The translations under genes were made by a program, and so were the position numbers. Below are positions 42,501-55,416 of a stretch of 64,000 nucleotides of DNA, in pieces. The notes under the pieces were generated by a model. It worked only from the letters and a program-made list of their open reading frames with translations. It had not been told where the DNA came from and made no database searches. The stretch comes from Chlorokybus atmophyticus (Eukaryota > Plantae > Mesostigma and Chlorokybus algae), in the NCBI GenBank assembly GCA_009103225.1, contig RHPI01000810.1, positions 1,105,965 to 1,169,964 of the forward strand. The letters run 5' to 3'. Position 1 is the stretch's first letter, and the number at the start of each line of letters is the position of its first letter.

Positions 42501-45500
42501 ACGGCACCAGATTCGGGGTTCGCGTAAGGGAGGCAAACCTGTGAGTGCATCACAACGGGTATCAACATAAAAACAACAAGCATTTGCTGCTATGCTGAAC
42601 AATGGAATGTTGGTACACGAGCTTGGCACGAATGGTAAGAGTAACTCTCACCAACCACTACATAAACGCAGATGGGCCACATACTTCCAGTTATGGATGC
42701 GTGCCAGTGTGTGAGAGAATGTATGTGTGGGAGCGTGTGCGCGTGCTCGAGCGCGCGTGCAGAGTTGCATGTGAGCATGCGACACAACTTGCCTGCTGCA
42801 AGGTGGCATTGCAATGGTGTCCGGCCCACCAGGTGGTGGAGTTTGTGCACACGCGGTCCACGTCGACAACGTCATAACCAGGAGGAACATAGTTCTTGAA
42901 CTCCATCCCCACGAGACTGAAATTTGACGCCGTTGCCGTGCTGAGCGTGGTATCGTTATCTCCATAACATCGATTTCGCAACACCCCGCCAAAAATCTGC
43001 ACACCTAAGATACCAAACATCTGCGCAACATAACAACAAAGCTCCCGTTAAACCAACATGCCTCCTCCGGATACTGTTGTGCGCGCTGTTGCTATGTTGT
43101 CTACACCACTCAATGTACGCACATGTACCTCTTACTTGTGCCAGCTACGTGTGACCAACAGTGCATTCATTGTATAAATGGGCAATAGCTGGCAGTACTC
43201 AAGGATGCAACAACACACATGTAACGGTATGGTATTGTTACAGACCCACTTGCGTGCACGTGTGCATGCACACACATGCACACGTGCACGCACGCATGGA
43301 GTGAGCTTGACTCACTGCGCAGAGGACGACTAAGACGAGGAAGACGTTGGCGAGCATGGGAAGTGATTTGATCATCGCTCCCACAAGCACGCGCATGCCG
43401 GGTAGGACGGATATGGTTCGTAGCGGCCTGAGTATGCGCACGACACGGATGGCAGCCACATTACCACTAAAGAACGGTAGCAGCGATATGAGCCCGAGGT
43501 TGGTGACAGTAAAATCCAGCACGTTCCAATTGTCGCGTAAGTAACACCGCTTGTCTCGCATGAGACCCAACGCGGTGATCTTAAGTATCATCTCAATGGC
43601 GTACACGCCCGTGAACGCGTCCTCCAAGCGACGCAACACGCCGTTGCGGCCCCATTGCGGAGGCTTTGTCGGGTCCAACAACGCGAGCAACACGCAGTTG
43701 GCCGCGATGAGGAGAAGGATGAAGTACTCGAACCACAACGCCTCAATGATCCATATGGCTGCCCTCCTTATGGGATGTTTGATGTCAAGGAAACCCAACG
43801 CTTTCTCACAATAGCGCAACTTCAACCCTTTTGCCTTTGCAAATATAGCCTTTTCTACAACAGCACCGATTGTTCCCGTCCTCATCATCTCCGCGGCCGC
43901 TCTCACACGTGAGATCATTGCTTTGTTGTTGTTGACCCACTTCGGGTCCAGCAAGTTGGGTACCGAACCCGCCCGCTGATGGTGGATTGCTTCAACCATG
44001 TTGTGGTGGCCTTTCTCACCAACGTGTCTCGACACGTCGGCCCATCCTTTGTGCTTGTGCGCGCGGTTGGTGTCGTTGGTGTTGTTGGCGGCGATGCTGT
44101 TGGGGGTGAGGGGATGGTAGTTCTTGCTCGTGACTGCGGTGATGGCCTCCGTGTGGTTGCGGTTGAATGTTGTGTACGGTCTCTCGGGACACGACAATGC
44201 GGATTTGGCCACCAACTCACCAGCTTCATTGAATGGTATCTGAGTTTGACAACGACTAGCATGTCAGATTAGACATGATGAACAAGAACATATAAGCTCA
44301 ACAATCAACACATGCAGCCATGTGTACATGTGTATATGCGGTTTTACTACCAGCTGCATGTGCGCACTTGTGTATGCAGACACAGAGGCGTGAACGCGTG
44401 CACACACGCGCACGTGCGCGCGCAAACTCGCACTCCTCCCGCACTCACGCAGAGGTCATCTCTCACATGATTATGCACGCGCACGCGCATACACGTGCGC
44501 GCGCACAAGCACACGCCAGTTGCCCACGCACACACTCCGTCACACATGCACATGTGCGCCACGCACGCACACACACACGCGGATCATTGCTTGTGTATGC
44601 ATATAATCATTGACGTGCGCGTTCACACTCGAGTACTGTGTATGTATGTGGTGCGTAACGCGCTTATACGTACAGTGACTGTGGGGTGGACCCGCTGCTT
44701 TTGCCTGATGACTTCCCAACCAGCCCCTGCCCCTGCCCCTGCTTTAGCCGCAGCGCCAAAGCGTCTATCGAGCGTCTGGCTGATATCATTGCCGACATTC
44801 TCATTCAACACCGCTTTTTGACTCGGACGCGTCCGCTCCTGTGTTGATAAAACCGGACATAATTGAGTTGAGAGAGTTCATCCAAGAGCTAGCTAGCTGG
44901 GGTATAGTGGTACAGTGACTGTGATGGACAGTGAAGGTAGAGAAGTAAAACGGAAGACAACCAGTCAACAGCGTGAAAGAAGGGTCTCTTTTTGGGGTGG
45001 AGCTACTTGTCCTTTTGGCAGCGCGTAAACGTCATGTACAGCTAGACACACGCTAGGGTTGTGATGCAAATACAAGTCCGCTAATTGTATCAAGGTGAGA
45101 AAGAAAAGGAAGCTGTAACACACACACACACGCGCGCACACCCAATGGTTGATGCTTTATTACATCATCAACACATATGCCACGCTGAAGTCAAGTCAAC
45201 TAAAGATGGAAGATGCATCGACTGAAACTATCAAGGGAACTGATGTGTAAACCCTGTCCACATTGCGTCAAGCCGCAGAGCAATCTTGGATACCTCACTT
45301 GTATGTATGAGTTCTGTACGAGGGGGAACACGACCAGACTACAGCAAACACCAATGATTTGATTAACAACAAGTGTGTTTGCAATTGCACAAGTTCTTGG
45401 CAAATCCAATGCTCATTTGAGGTTTGGGTCAGTCAGAGGCCCTGATCGCCAGTGTTGGTACCTTAAAGGTGGCAGCTGGCGCCAGCTTCGGCTTTTGCTT

Positions 45501-45602
45501 CCCCATCTTAAGCATACGACCAGAGTCATCCTGCTTCCTTTTCGTCTCCTCCTCCTCGCCCATCCCATCCTGCTTCCTACCGCCGCCATGAGCAGCGTCC
45601 AT
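36593..45602 (-). CDS. CAV: Four-domain voltage-gated Ca2+/Na+ channel alpha-1 subunit (CaV/NaV superfamily); 5' exons and start codon uncertain
   Basis: Four S1-S6 repeats with S4s IRVVRILRPLRTI, LRVLRVLRFMKL, FRLIRVLRPIRVI and LRLFRVIRLCRILR. Pore loops TLQGWS, TSDNW|D, TTEGWT and TGEGWN. C-terminal EF-hand-like region (EAWQTLDPKGTKFI) and IQ motif IQ|AAIRGHLERK. Probable upstream exons at about 44.68-44.84 kb and 45.46-45.60 kb. Confidence 0.93.
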
Positions 45603-47551
45603 CAGCAGCACAATAAGGAGGAGGTGGAGGAGATGGACCAGACCAAGCTCCTGCTCAATTGATCAGCCAGCTTGCTGTGGCGCCCGCAAAGGGGCCACAG
45701 CTCACAGCCCCCTCCCATAGATCCAACCACCTCCACCTACGCAACCTGCATCACCATCACCTCCTCCTACCCCTACTTCACCTCCTCCTTGGCCGCCGCC
45801 GCGAGGCACTTTCCTCTTAATTTTTAATCTTTTTTCCCACGAGCGCGGACAGAGCAAACACATAAGAATAGATGCAGATCTCCGTATGCAAAAGTCCGTA
45901 GCGCTGTCAACAGCCGTCAGATGATCTGAACGCAATTCACTCGCCGTCCGATGCACCGGTTAAGGTTTCTGAACTTGCTGTCATTATTTCAAAGTCACGT
46001 GACTTTGGCGTTGAAGCGCGAGTCGCCACCTTCGTTAATGCGAGCTAGCGGATATCGTACGCAGTGGCTGCGCACTCCATGTCTGCGCGCAGATATCCGA
46101 CTCCTGTGGTTGCTTCGGACGGGATATGGTACGTATGATATGGTACGACGGGGTACAATGTAGCCATACGGTTATAAGGGTGACGTTGGGCACACAATCT
46201 GCCTTCGTTGTAAGCATCACGCGTATTTCACAAACTTGCATCCGCTCTAAGGTTTCTTCGTGATGCTTGAATGAGCAACATCCTCCTAACTTCATCTTAT
46301 ACTTCTGCATTATATTGGAATACAGCTACAACTTTGACCATGTTATCACACGGAAATTTGATCAATTGTCACTATATCAATGTGCATTATTAATGTACAT
46401 ATTATGTTACAAACAATACAATAACATTAGGCTGCAAGCGCCGACCTATACGCAATCGGCCTTATATCACCATTATGAATAGTTTACGGACGGTGAATCA
46501 AGCAATCATGTCTTACACACGTTATGAAAAAAATGTAGCCATGAAAGTGAACAACAATAGCTACTGCAATGATATTACGACAGACTTGCTATTCGGGCAT
46601 GTCAAACTTGTGCATAAGCATTCAAGATTTGTAGCGGAAGTCCCACTAGCACCGCGGTGCAGCACCTTATAGTGAAAATCGCAGCAGCGCATCCAGGGAA
46701 GAGATGGCGGCTACCAACCTCTCCACACAGCTCCAGCCGCATGGAGCCTGATCAGGCGCACCCACGCTCAACACACCTACACACAACACCGCTCTCCACA
46801 AGGGATGAAAGGGAGAGGCCCTTTAACAGCTATTGGCTAGGCACCCCACACACAAGCGGCCCTGAAGTGGTGAACGCACTTAGATCCCAGGTTAACGTTG
46901 CTACTTATCATTTAAACAACTTGCTACTTATGGGACCTGATTTTGATACTCTCGAAGTGAAGTAAGAATCCACCTCAGGTGAATCAAAACACCTCGGTTT
47001 TTTATATAAGCAACCCTATCTCGGAAATAGAAGCATGTGCTTTCCTACTACAATAGTACTTAAAGATTGCCCACAGGCATTACTAGCTCTGCGACTAAAT
47101 AGTGGCAAATCGCATCATCACAAATCATGTGGTTTGCCAACATGGCTCACTTTCTTGAAACTGGCACATCATGTGGCGACCCATATTCGGGGCAAAAGGC
47201 CTCGGGCATTGAATGGCTTTGTACTAGCCCTTATCAATGCCTTGTGTAATTTGTCACACCCAAGGTCATATAGGCTCAAGAGTAGACCTACATGAGAGCA
47301 AACTTGTCTTCTTAACAAGTAAGGAACAGGGAATGACTTTTGTCGGCCTTATGGGCGTGACAGTCACTGTAGTACATTTGTGTATGAATTGACATGATGA
47401 GTTGAGAGGCGCACGCCAAAGAATATGGGCCAAACCGTTAAACTACCCTTTTTATGCCCTTTACCAATAAAAGTAAAATTTTAATTATGTACACAGGGTT
47501 CGCTTGTCTGTGAAAATTTCATTAAATGGACAATTTCGAATATAACAATAA

Positions 47552-47553
<2 letters not shown>

Positions 47554-47595
<42 letters not shown>
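47554..47595. repeat. (AT)21 microsatellite
   Basis: Direct observation. Confidence 0.95.
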
Positions 47596-47597
<2 letters not shown>

Positions 47598-49022
47598 CCA
47601 TAACTGTGGAAAATTTTACATGGATCTTAAGAGCATCAAGCATACATGGCAAAAATGTGCGCCAATGCATAAACAATCACACTTTGTATATGAACCAATT
47701 ATATCTGTAAGGTTTATGTAACACAAGTTAATGCATTAAACTGTGACATCCGTAATTAAGCGTATATCCTCACACATATATCGATTTTAAATTGATAAAG
47801 TTATAACGTTATGCCTTATATGAACCGTCGTACATCATGTGCTCCATCAATGGGATAACACCGTATTGTAAGAATGATGGAGACAATTATGATTCCTGCA
47901 AAAAACATTGATGGTTGCTAAAGGTGTACTTACTGGAATAACCACGGATCAAAACTTTACCCTTAACGCGTTAAAGTCATGTCAAGAAGTTTACCATTAC
48001 CGTACCATTTGTTAAGATTGTCATAGATGGTGACTAGATGCTTTGCACATAGCCGTCAACGGCATTGCATCTACGTAACTCTTTCTCTTTGTTTTTTTTT
48101 GTCTTGCTCGCTCTTCGCGTGTGCCTTTTGCATCACAGTGTTTTTGTCTATATTGAGCAGCAGCATAACTGGCTGGAATGACAGCACCCACACATCACTG
48201 CAAGGACATACCTGCCATTGCATATGTCTTGTGCGCAAGCATGTGTACAAGCATATTGTGCGTCGACCGCATTTGTCAACATATCGCCGCCGCCATCCAT
48301 GCGCGTGTCGATTAGCTTAGCAACGGCAGCGGCGGTGAGCGCGTGTGGCATCCCCACTCTCACAAAACCCTTTGCTACGCGTGTGCGCGACTACAATCAA
48401 ACACGTATTAAGGTTGAGCACAAGCTATAGCCCAATTAAGTTGTTTTATGATCAATGGGGCTAACACCGCCGCATGTTGATGAGAAGCACGATGATAGGT
48501 TTATCTTTCGCACACTACGAATTCAACGTTTCATCACGTGTTGTAGCTTACGCTTAGCCGGTAACGCAGGGGACTTTATTGAGACTTATGCCATTGAGAC
48601 GAACATACCCAGCCAGCTGTTCACCCCTGCTTGGCTGATACTAGTGAACATGCAGTAATTTGCCACGATCGAACGAGATGCAGTTAATGCATCATGCGCG
48701 CGCATTTTGTCAATGACCAACCTGTCAGGAACTTCCTTCGCTGCTGGCGACGGAAGTTTCCTTGCAAACTCTGCCGCTGTGGCTGTTGCTGGCGGCGGTG
48801 GCGGTGGCGGCGGCGGGGAGCGAACCTTTCTACTTTCACCGCATATGCTGGTTACTTGGTGAAATTGCCCTTTGCAGGGTGGGCAGGAAGTAGCCGCAGC
48901 CGGCTCGCCTTATAGGTCAGTCTCACACTCTGCTTGTGTGCAAGGCTGCATACCATTACTTGAGCATTGCTTCTGCCTGTGTTCAACATTAAGCATGCAA
49001 AGTTTTCAGCCTCCTGCACGGT

Positions 49023-50271
49023 ATGAGCGGCTTCCAAGAGGTGCTTCACACCGTGCCGCTGCCGGTGGCTATCGCGGTGAGCGCCGTCGTCCTCACCGTC
49101 GCCGTCCTCGCCTGGCGCAGCAGCAGCAGCAGGAGCACACCGCCTATGCAGATGGTACTGTTTTCCAAAGTGATACTGTGATTGGGCAAGCAGCATGCTT
49201 CGTGTTGATTTGCATGCCATTTTATCGCCGCGAGTGTGTTTTGGGCTTTCTTGTAGAAAGGACTCAACAGCATTGCACCCCAACAATGTTGCATGCATTG
49301 GGTGTTACCTCTAGTTGCTTTGCATAAAATCAACAATGGGCATCTGTGCAGACTTCGTTTGTGGACTGTTGTGCGTGACATTTGCAGTTGCAGTCATATG
49401 AACAGTAATGGGGCATTACGGTGGGCACTGTTGTTGCGCACACGTACACGCACGAGATTGCGTGCGTTGTCCAGTAGTCTTGCATGCTAGTTTTCTTGAC
49501 CAGTATGATTAAAGACTGGTCATTCAACAATTGACTTCAGGCAACTATGGAGCCTGAACCGCCGGTGGTGTTGCGAGACGTCACGTCTGAGGAGCTGGCG
49601 GAGCACAACGGCACGGGTGGGACGGCCGTGTGGGTGGCTATCAAAGGCAATGTGTATGATGTGACGAAAGGGTCCGCCTTTTACGGCCCCGGCGGCCCTT
49701 ACGAGATGTTTGCTGGCAAGTAAGGAAGCTTGTTGGGTTTGGGAGCACGAACACGCATACACATATACACACGAACACGCGTGTGCGCGCACACGCATAT
49801 GCATATACACATGAACATGAATGTGAATATGAACACGTAAATGCCTGCACCCAAGCGTACCCACGTGCACGTGTGCATTCGCTCATTAGTCCTATTGGCA
49901 TATTATAATATTGTAGTATACATACTCATGTTGATCAACCTTGTAAAGAAGCGCGCTGTTGGTCACTTTTACTATTGCAGGGATGCAAGCAGGGCGCTGG
50001 CAAAGATGGCCTTTTCTGCCGAGTACTTGACCACGCGTGTGCCCGAACTGGATGACTTGTCTTACAGCGAGAAGGAGACTCTCGACCAGTGGGAAATGGT
50101 CAGTTCATGTGTGCATGTATGACTGTGGTTATTCATGAATTTGTGTGTTGCATGGTCGCTTGTGAAAAGGTTTACTGTCGCTGACACATGTTGGTCTTCT
50201 CACAGAAATTTGACATGAAGTACACTAAACTTGGCCGCATAGTATCCGAAGCACCGGCTGGCAGCCAGTAG
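49023..50271 (+). CDS. MSBP: Membrane steroid-binding protein (MAPR/PGRMC family, cytochrome b5-like heme/steroid-binding domain), 4 exons
   Basis: N-terminal TM; VTSEELAEHNG..AVWVAIKGNVYDVTKGSAFYGPGGPYEMFAGK|DASRALAKM..LDQWEM|KFDMKY..LGRI. Confidence 0.93.
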
Positions 50272-51082
50272 CATGACAATATACCCTGTACATATCTTGC
50301 CATGCGCAATATTTACCTTCAGTGATTAGGTCAGGCTTGTAGCTACTGGTTGGTTATGTCTCCTTGCTCTTTTGATAATGGGATCGTTGGCCGAGCGCTT
50401 TGCTTCGTTTGATGTCATCTCTGCATGGTCGCCAAAGGTGTTGTGAAAAGGTCACTATTATCGTCCGTGCATACCTGTGCACTTACAGTTGACCATTTGC
50501 CAACAGCTTCATTGATCAAGCAACGAAAGAGGGAATGACCAATGTCAAAGTGCCACAGCATATGCACATGCATATTGTACACCTCACATGCATTACACCA
50601 CACCCCAAGGTTACCACACATTCAACTCTACGCTACATGCACGACCACCGAGCTACACCAGGCGCGCTGCCTACCCTCGATCGCTAACCCTACCTCTACC
50701 GCCCCCCTGTGAGTCACGCATGCATGCATGCAGTATACCCATCTCTACAGCGTATGCATTTGACAGAACCGAAGCATGCAACCCATTTGTTGAAACTACG
50801 AGCTCAAACTTCCCGATTATAATCACATCTGCGACATGAAGTCACTGCTACCGACCTCACAACTATGTACAAAGTACCCTCAACTAGTGAACCCTGCCAA
50901 TTGTCTCAAACCAAGCAGCAATCAATCAACACCCCCCCCCCCCTCCCACCGGACATGAAGTCCGCGCTACCACACCTTTGCACACTGCCATGTGGCCATG
51001 GACACGGCGAGGGATGATGCTATAATACCATTGTCGCGATGCCTATGTTGAATAGGCTACTGGTGCGCCAATATTCCTTTCG

Positions 51083-51244
51083 TCAATCGCGGTCGGGGCG
51101 CTTGTGGGTTTCCTCGATGCTGCGCAGGCGTCGCCATATGCTGTCGGCCTCCGTCTTGATATCGGGCACGCGGTAGTTCTGCGCCGCGTACACGCCTGCG
51201 CACGTGCCCAGGCCGAACCACCACAGCTTCCCAAACAGACTCAT
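51083..51244 (-). CDS. STMP1: 53-aa STMP1/DUF4535-like short mitochondrial membrane protein
   Basis: MSLFGKLWWFGLGTCAGVYAAQNYRVPDIK...IEETHKRP carries the family motif GxxxGxYxAQNYxVP. The 5' UTR probably extends, with introns, to the GGC-rich region near 52.1 kb. Confidence 0.85.
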   Translation of the reverse strand: MSLFGKLWWFGLGTCAGVYAAQNYRVPDIKTEADSIWRRLRSIEETHKRPDRD

Positions 51245-53350
51245 TGCGTCGAAATGCTCCTGGGAATACCTGCTTGCCTGCAACATATTGCATGTGGGTG
51301 CGGGTGCATGCTCGTGTAAGTGTGTATCTACGCGTGCGTGTGTGCATGTGTCTGGCCAACTTCGTGTGTGTGCATGTGCATGCGCGTGCATGCATGTGTC
51401 TGTACGTGATTTGGAGATGACAACGGGCGCAAACACACAACATGAAAACACAACATCAACAATTTCAAAGACGCACATCGCAATTGAAGCCAACATGCGG
51501 ACAAGGGGCGGAAGAAGCAGAACAACCGGAAACTCGACACAACCAAGTTCAATCGACTCACGCTCAGACGCAGACATGCCAACCAACCAACGAATATACA
51601 AACGAACAGCATACCAGACAGATTGACAGGAGCTTACCCTCAACAACCCTCGTCAACATACACTTAAGGTAATACGAGTTCCAGCGCGCACATGCACAAC
51701 ATAGCTTAATGTATATACACATGGCAGTCACAGCTCTGTACATCCCGTCACAACCACCATCAAGCATGTACATCGACTATCAAAACTAAACAGTCACGTA
51801 CTGCATGTCACATGCTGCGTAGGCTGATCAGTCGCTGCCAAACCGCCAAGATCTCGAGTCAACTGTGAACAGCACCAACAACGCTACACGTACAAACCCC
51901 AAACATGTCATAGACCACCAAACCTCGGTGATTGGACACAGACCAAGCTTTCCTGGCTGTACCTTGGCTGCTTGGCCGAGACCCACACACAATTGGTTTC
52001 AGTAGAAGCGCGTCCCCTGCCCTTTTCTCACCGCCGCCGCCGCCGCCGCCTCCGCCTCCGCCGCCTCCACCGCCCCCCTCGCCGCCGCCGGCAAATTACT
52101 ACTGGGTGCGGTTTGGCGTAGCAAGCTTATGCTAGGCTACCTGAACGCTGAGCAGCAGTCACGACTCTTGGCAAGTTGGATCAATGAACATCATCACAAC
52201 GTACAGGCCAGCGGTGGTCGCTGCGGATTGGTGAGTACACGTGCTGGCCCAGAGCGACATGCTGGCAGAGGCAGCCAGATCTGCTGAATTGATAGATGAA
52301 TACATTCGATACATGTGTTCCAAAAGGGGTATGCTGCTGTGTCGCATTGATGCATCTTGTTACTTGATCAGGTCAAGAACCTAATGGATGCAGTCTACAA
52401 TCTACCATGCTCTCTCACCTCTCTCTCTCTCCCCCCCATGTAATCGACGATTTACCTACACAGGGCAAGTTGATCACCTACAGCGAGTAATTCAAATGAA
52501 CATGTGATTCAATGAAATGGCATCTCAGCAACGAAATCTATTTTTTATTTAAATGAGCTTTCTAAAATAGCACGTGCATGACTTATGAATCAACTTAAAA
52601 AGTAATCGGAACCTTACACATGAGCATGACACGCGCAAGTTTTAGCGTCAATACAAGCAATCATGATTGCGGATATCGCTTTTGAGTCGACAATGTCAAC
52701 ATCTTCCAACATTGTGTAAATGATCTGATACCATATCAACACAAGTAAAGTGCATAAGCATACATTGTTGTTTTTGAGTTGGTAGGTTTTCACCAAGCAT
52801 GTAAATGATAAACTTGTAAGGGTTTGTTTATGTTGCAGCATTACGTTATCATCTTCAATTATGATCGCAAACTGAAATACACGACACTGCGCATGTGATC
52901 GCACATGCGAAACGTGCACATGCCAACCCCACCACCCAACCCCACCGCCTAGGCCTATCTGCCAGCAACTAGGGACCCCTGGGCATTGCAGTGCTGACGT
53001 GGGACAAAGCCGCAAGAGTTGCGTCGCCAGGGAGCGCAGCAGCAGAGGGCAGGAGACAGAGGAGAGGGAGGGGGAAGGGAGGTGTGGTGGCGGAGAAGAG
53101 AGAGGCGGGTGCAGAGGGGGGAGTCCTGCTGGTCTGTTGTCGTTGCCACTGCTGCCGCTTTGTACAAGACCGTCTGCAACGGCCCTGTGGGCAGGTGAAC
53201 GCATATGCATGCTTGCATGGCTAATGGGGTAGTAGGGGTAGAGTAGTGGGTGAGGTAGTGAATGAACCCGGTGGTTAACTTGACAACAGTGTGGTTGGTA
53301 TGCGTTGTGTCTCTGCATGCTGCTGACTGTGCATGTCACCATGCATGCAC

Positions 53351-53460
53351 GCTTTTATCGTTAAATTGGAGTGGCGCCTAGAGACGACCTTGAAGAAGGT
53401 GATCTGGGGATCACCCGTAAAGTAGAGGTGGGTATGGTCGCCTACGGCAACTAGTTGCAT
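53351..53460 (-). other. Endogenous NCLDV major capsid protein N-terminal fragment (~36 codons)
   Basis: [33 protein letters not shown] matches the conserved NCLDV MCP start (M/L)[31 protein letters not shown]. Similarity stops after this. Confidence 0.8.
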
Positions 53461-53652
53461 AACTTTGTTTTTTCAAAGAGGGTTTTACCTCTCCTGCTCT
53501 CTCTACCTCTCTATTCGATAATTATCGCCGCGGGCTCTAGCAGCTCCTCTTCAGCTTCGTCCAGTCCCATACCCTTCCCTGTGCATTGTCGTTTCGCATT
53601 TGTTTGTACATGATACAATCTCACTCTATTGCATGTGCATAGATAGTCAGAA

Positions 53653-53930
53653 AAACAGATGGCTGTAAGCAATGTATCACTCGTTGACCAACAGACAAAA
53701 ACATGCAACACACAACTCCCGCATGTACACATCATTTCAAGTCACTTTTGTGAGGCTGCGGACCTGCCAAGAAAACAGATAGCTTCAAGCAAATGTATCA
53801 CTCGTTGACCAACAGATGAAAGCATATGCTACACACATCTCCCGCATGTACACATCATGAGTGTATTGGGCGCCTCGCATGAGATGCAATGCGTTTCAAG
53901 TCACTTTTGTGAGGATGCGGACCTGCCAAG
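53653..53930. repeat. Two-copy tandem duplication, ~120-bp period; second copy has a ~38-bp insertion
   Basis: aaacagat..aatgtatcactcgttgaccaacaga..ctcccgcatgtacacatcat..ttcaagtcacttttgtgagg.tgcggacctgccaag occurs twice. Confidence 0.85.
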
Positions 53931-54188
53931 CCTGACGTACAGCACTAAATAACTCCAGTCTTGCAAAGCAATTGATAATGCTCACCATCCGTGGTTGCAT
54001 GCAACAAAGCGTGCCACTATGCAGCACTGCACTGCTGTCTGTGCGTGTGTGCAAATGGTGCACATGCAAATGCGTGGAGACCACAGTCCAACCATGAGTG
54101 AAGCTGTTTTGATCATGCACGCAACTTAAATCTCTCTGAACACCGAATCTCCGCAGCCAGTAGCATATCTGTCAAGGTAGCACCCAAC

Positions 54189-54871
54189 TCATTTTAATCG
54201 TTGAAAAATCTTGTTGGCAGCCTGCGTGTACAGAAGTCTAGAGTCAGGCTCTTGCATACCACAGCAGCTTGAGTAAGCTGGAGGCGCAAGCGCTCGGACT
54301 TGGCATTTGCAGGGCTTCAAAACACCACTTACGCATTTGTCGATGCAATGCCAGTAGTCAAAGTACTGCCCTGTGCAGTGCTTTTCACCCTTCTCATCCT
54401 TCTCTGCTCTCTCAACACAGGCCTGTCAAGATGATATGATATGCTTCACGCATGCCTCGTACAGATGTCAAATTGCATTCACTGCATGCAGACTGCTTGT
54501 GAATGTGTTATCAGCCAACACAACCACTTGTGCGGCATTCAAATTGTTGATAGCCATGATCAGTTGCCAAAAAGACTAACAACTGCCACAATGTACGATT
54601 ACAACACACAAGGCAAAAATGCTGATTGGGGACAGTGTGGCATTTACTACTACAATGTGCATTGACAGCGCTCCAATGATGTTTGGGGAAAAACGATGGC
54701 GATGCATCCAAAACTACCAAACTTTGTTGTAGCACGATTGTCGTTAGCCGAGAGAAAAGGTGACTGTGTTACCTGATAGTTTAGTAGTTGCTTAACACAT
54801 TGCGGCTTGCAGTTCTCCTCAAGCTCCGGCTTGGCATCAACGGGCTCCTCTTCTGTGTCCGCCCTGACCAT
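54189..54871 (-). CDS. QCR6: Cytochrome bc1 complex hinge protein (subunit 6), 3 exons
   Basis: MVRADTEEEPVDAKPELEENCKPQCVKQLLNYQ|ACVERAEKDEKGEKHCTGQYFDYWHCIDKC|AANKIFQRLK*. Confidence 0.95.
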
Positions 54872-55416
54872 ACAACCACGACTAATGACTACAGTAGGTG
54901 GAGGCAGCTATACCAATAGACACTTAGACGCAGAAAGGCGCAAACACGCAGCAATACACAAATCATGCCAGGCATGTGGCAAGTTGACGCACAACATCTC
55001 CTGATCAGCAACAAATTCACCGGCCCAAGAAACAACCACACTATGAAAAGCTTACATGCTTGAGTAAGACGTCCAATACAGCAGCAACGAGCCCGCAAGC
55101 ACCACGCGGCGGCCACAGCGCCCAGCAAAGCCGCCCTTGGCTCAATGCAGCTGTTTTGCATTAGGGCTCGCATTAGGGTTTTGCTCCTCGATATCAAGCC
55201 TGATGATGCCGATATCGATAGCTAGACAATTGCCCGGCTGCGCCAGCTGCAATCTTTGCAGCGCGCGACGCTAGCTGTGGCTGCTGATAGAACTTTCCAC
55301 TTTCACACAATGCTCTTCACTCAGGCTTAGCGGCGGAGCTGCGACGTGGCGCATTCTGGGAGCGGGGGCGGCGGCGGGGGCGGCAGCCGAGGCCCCCAAG
55401 ACGCTGTGAGGGCAGC

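Noticed and set aside
41030-44620. (GT)n/(CA)n and TGCATG-rich intron tracts as a special structure
   Set aside because: Such tracts occur in most introns of this window and look like background intron composition.
51932-52135. Poly-proline ORF (extensin-like)
   Set aside because: No ATG start. It is a GCC repeat tract, most likely in the STMP1 5' region.
52614-53342. 242-aa minus-strand ORF as the continuation of a viral capsid gene
   Set aside because: It shows no similarity to the expected MCP continuation (ESIEQTF..G..DFG...TCTI.RNGDL) and is low-complexity. Kept only as a speculative fusion exon.
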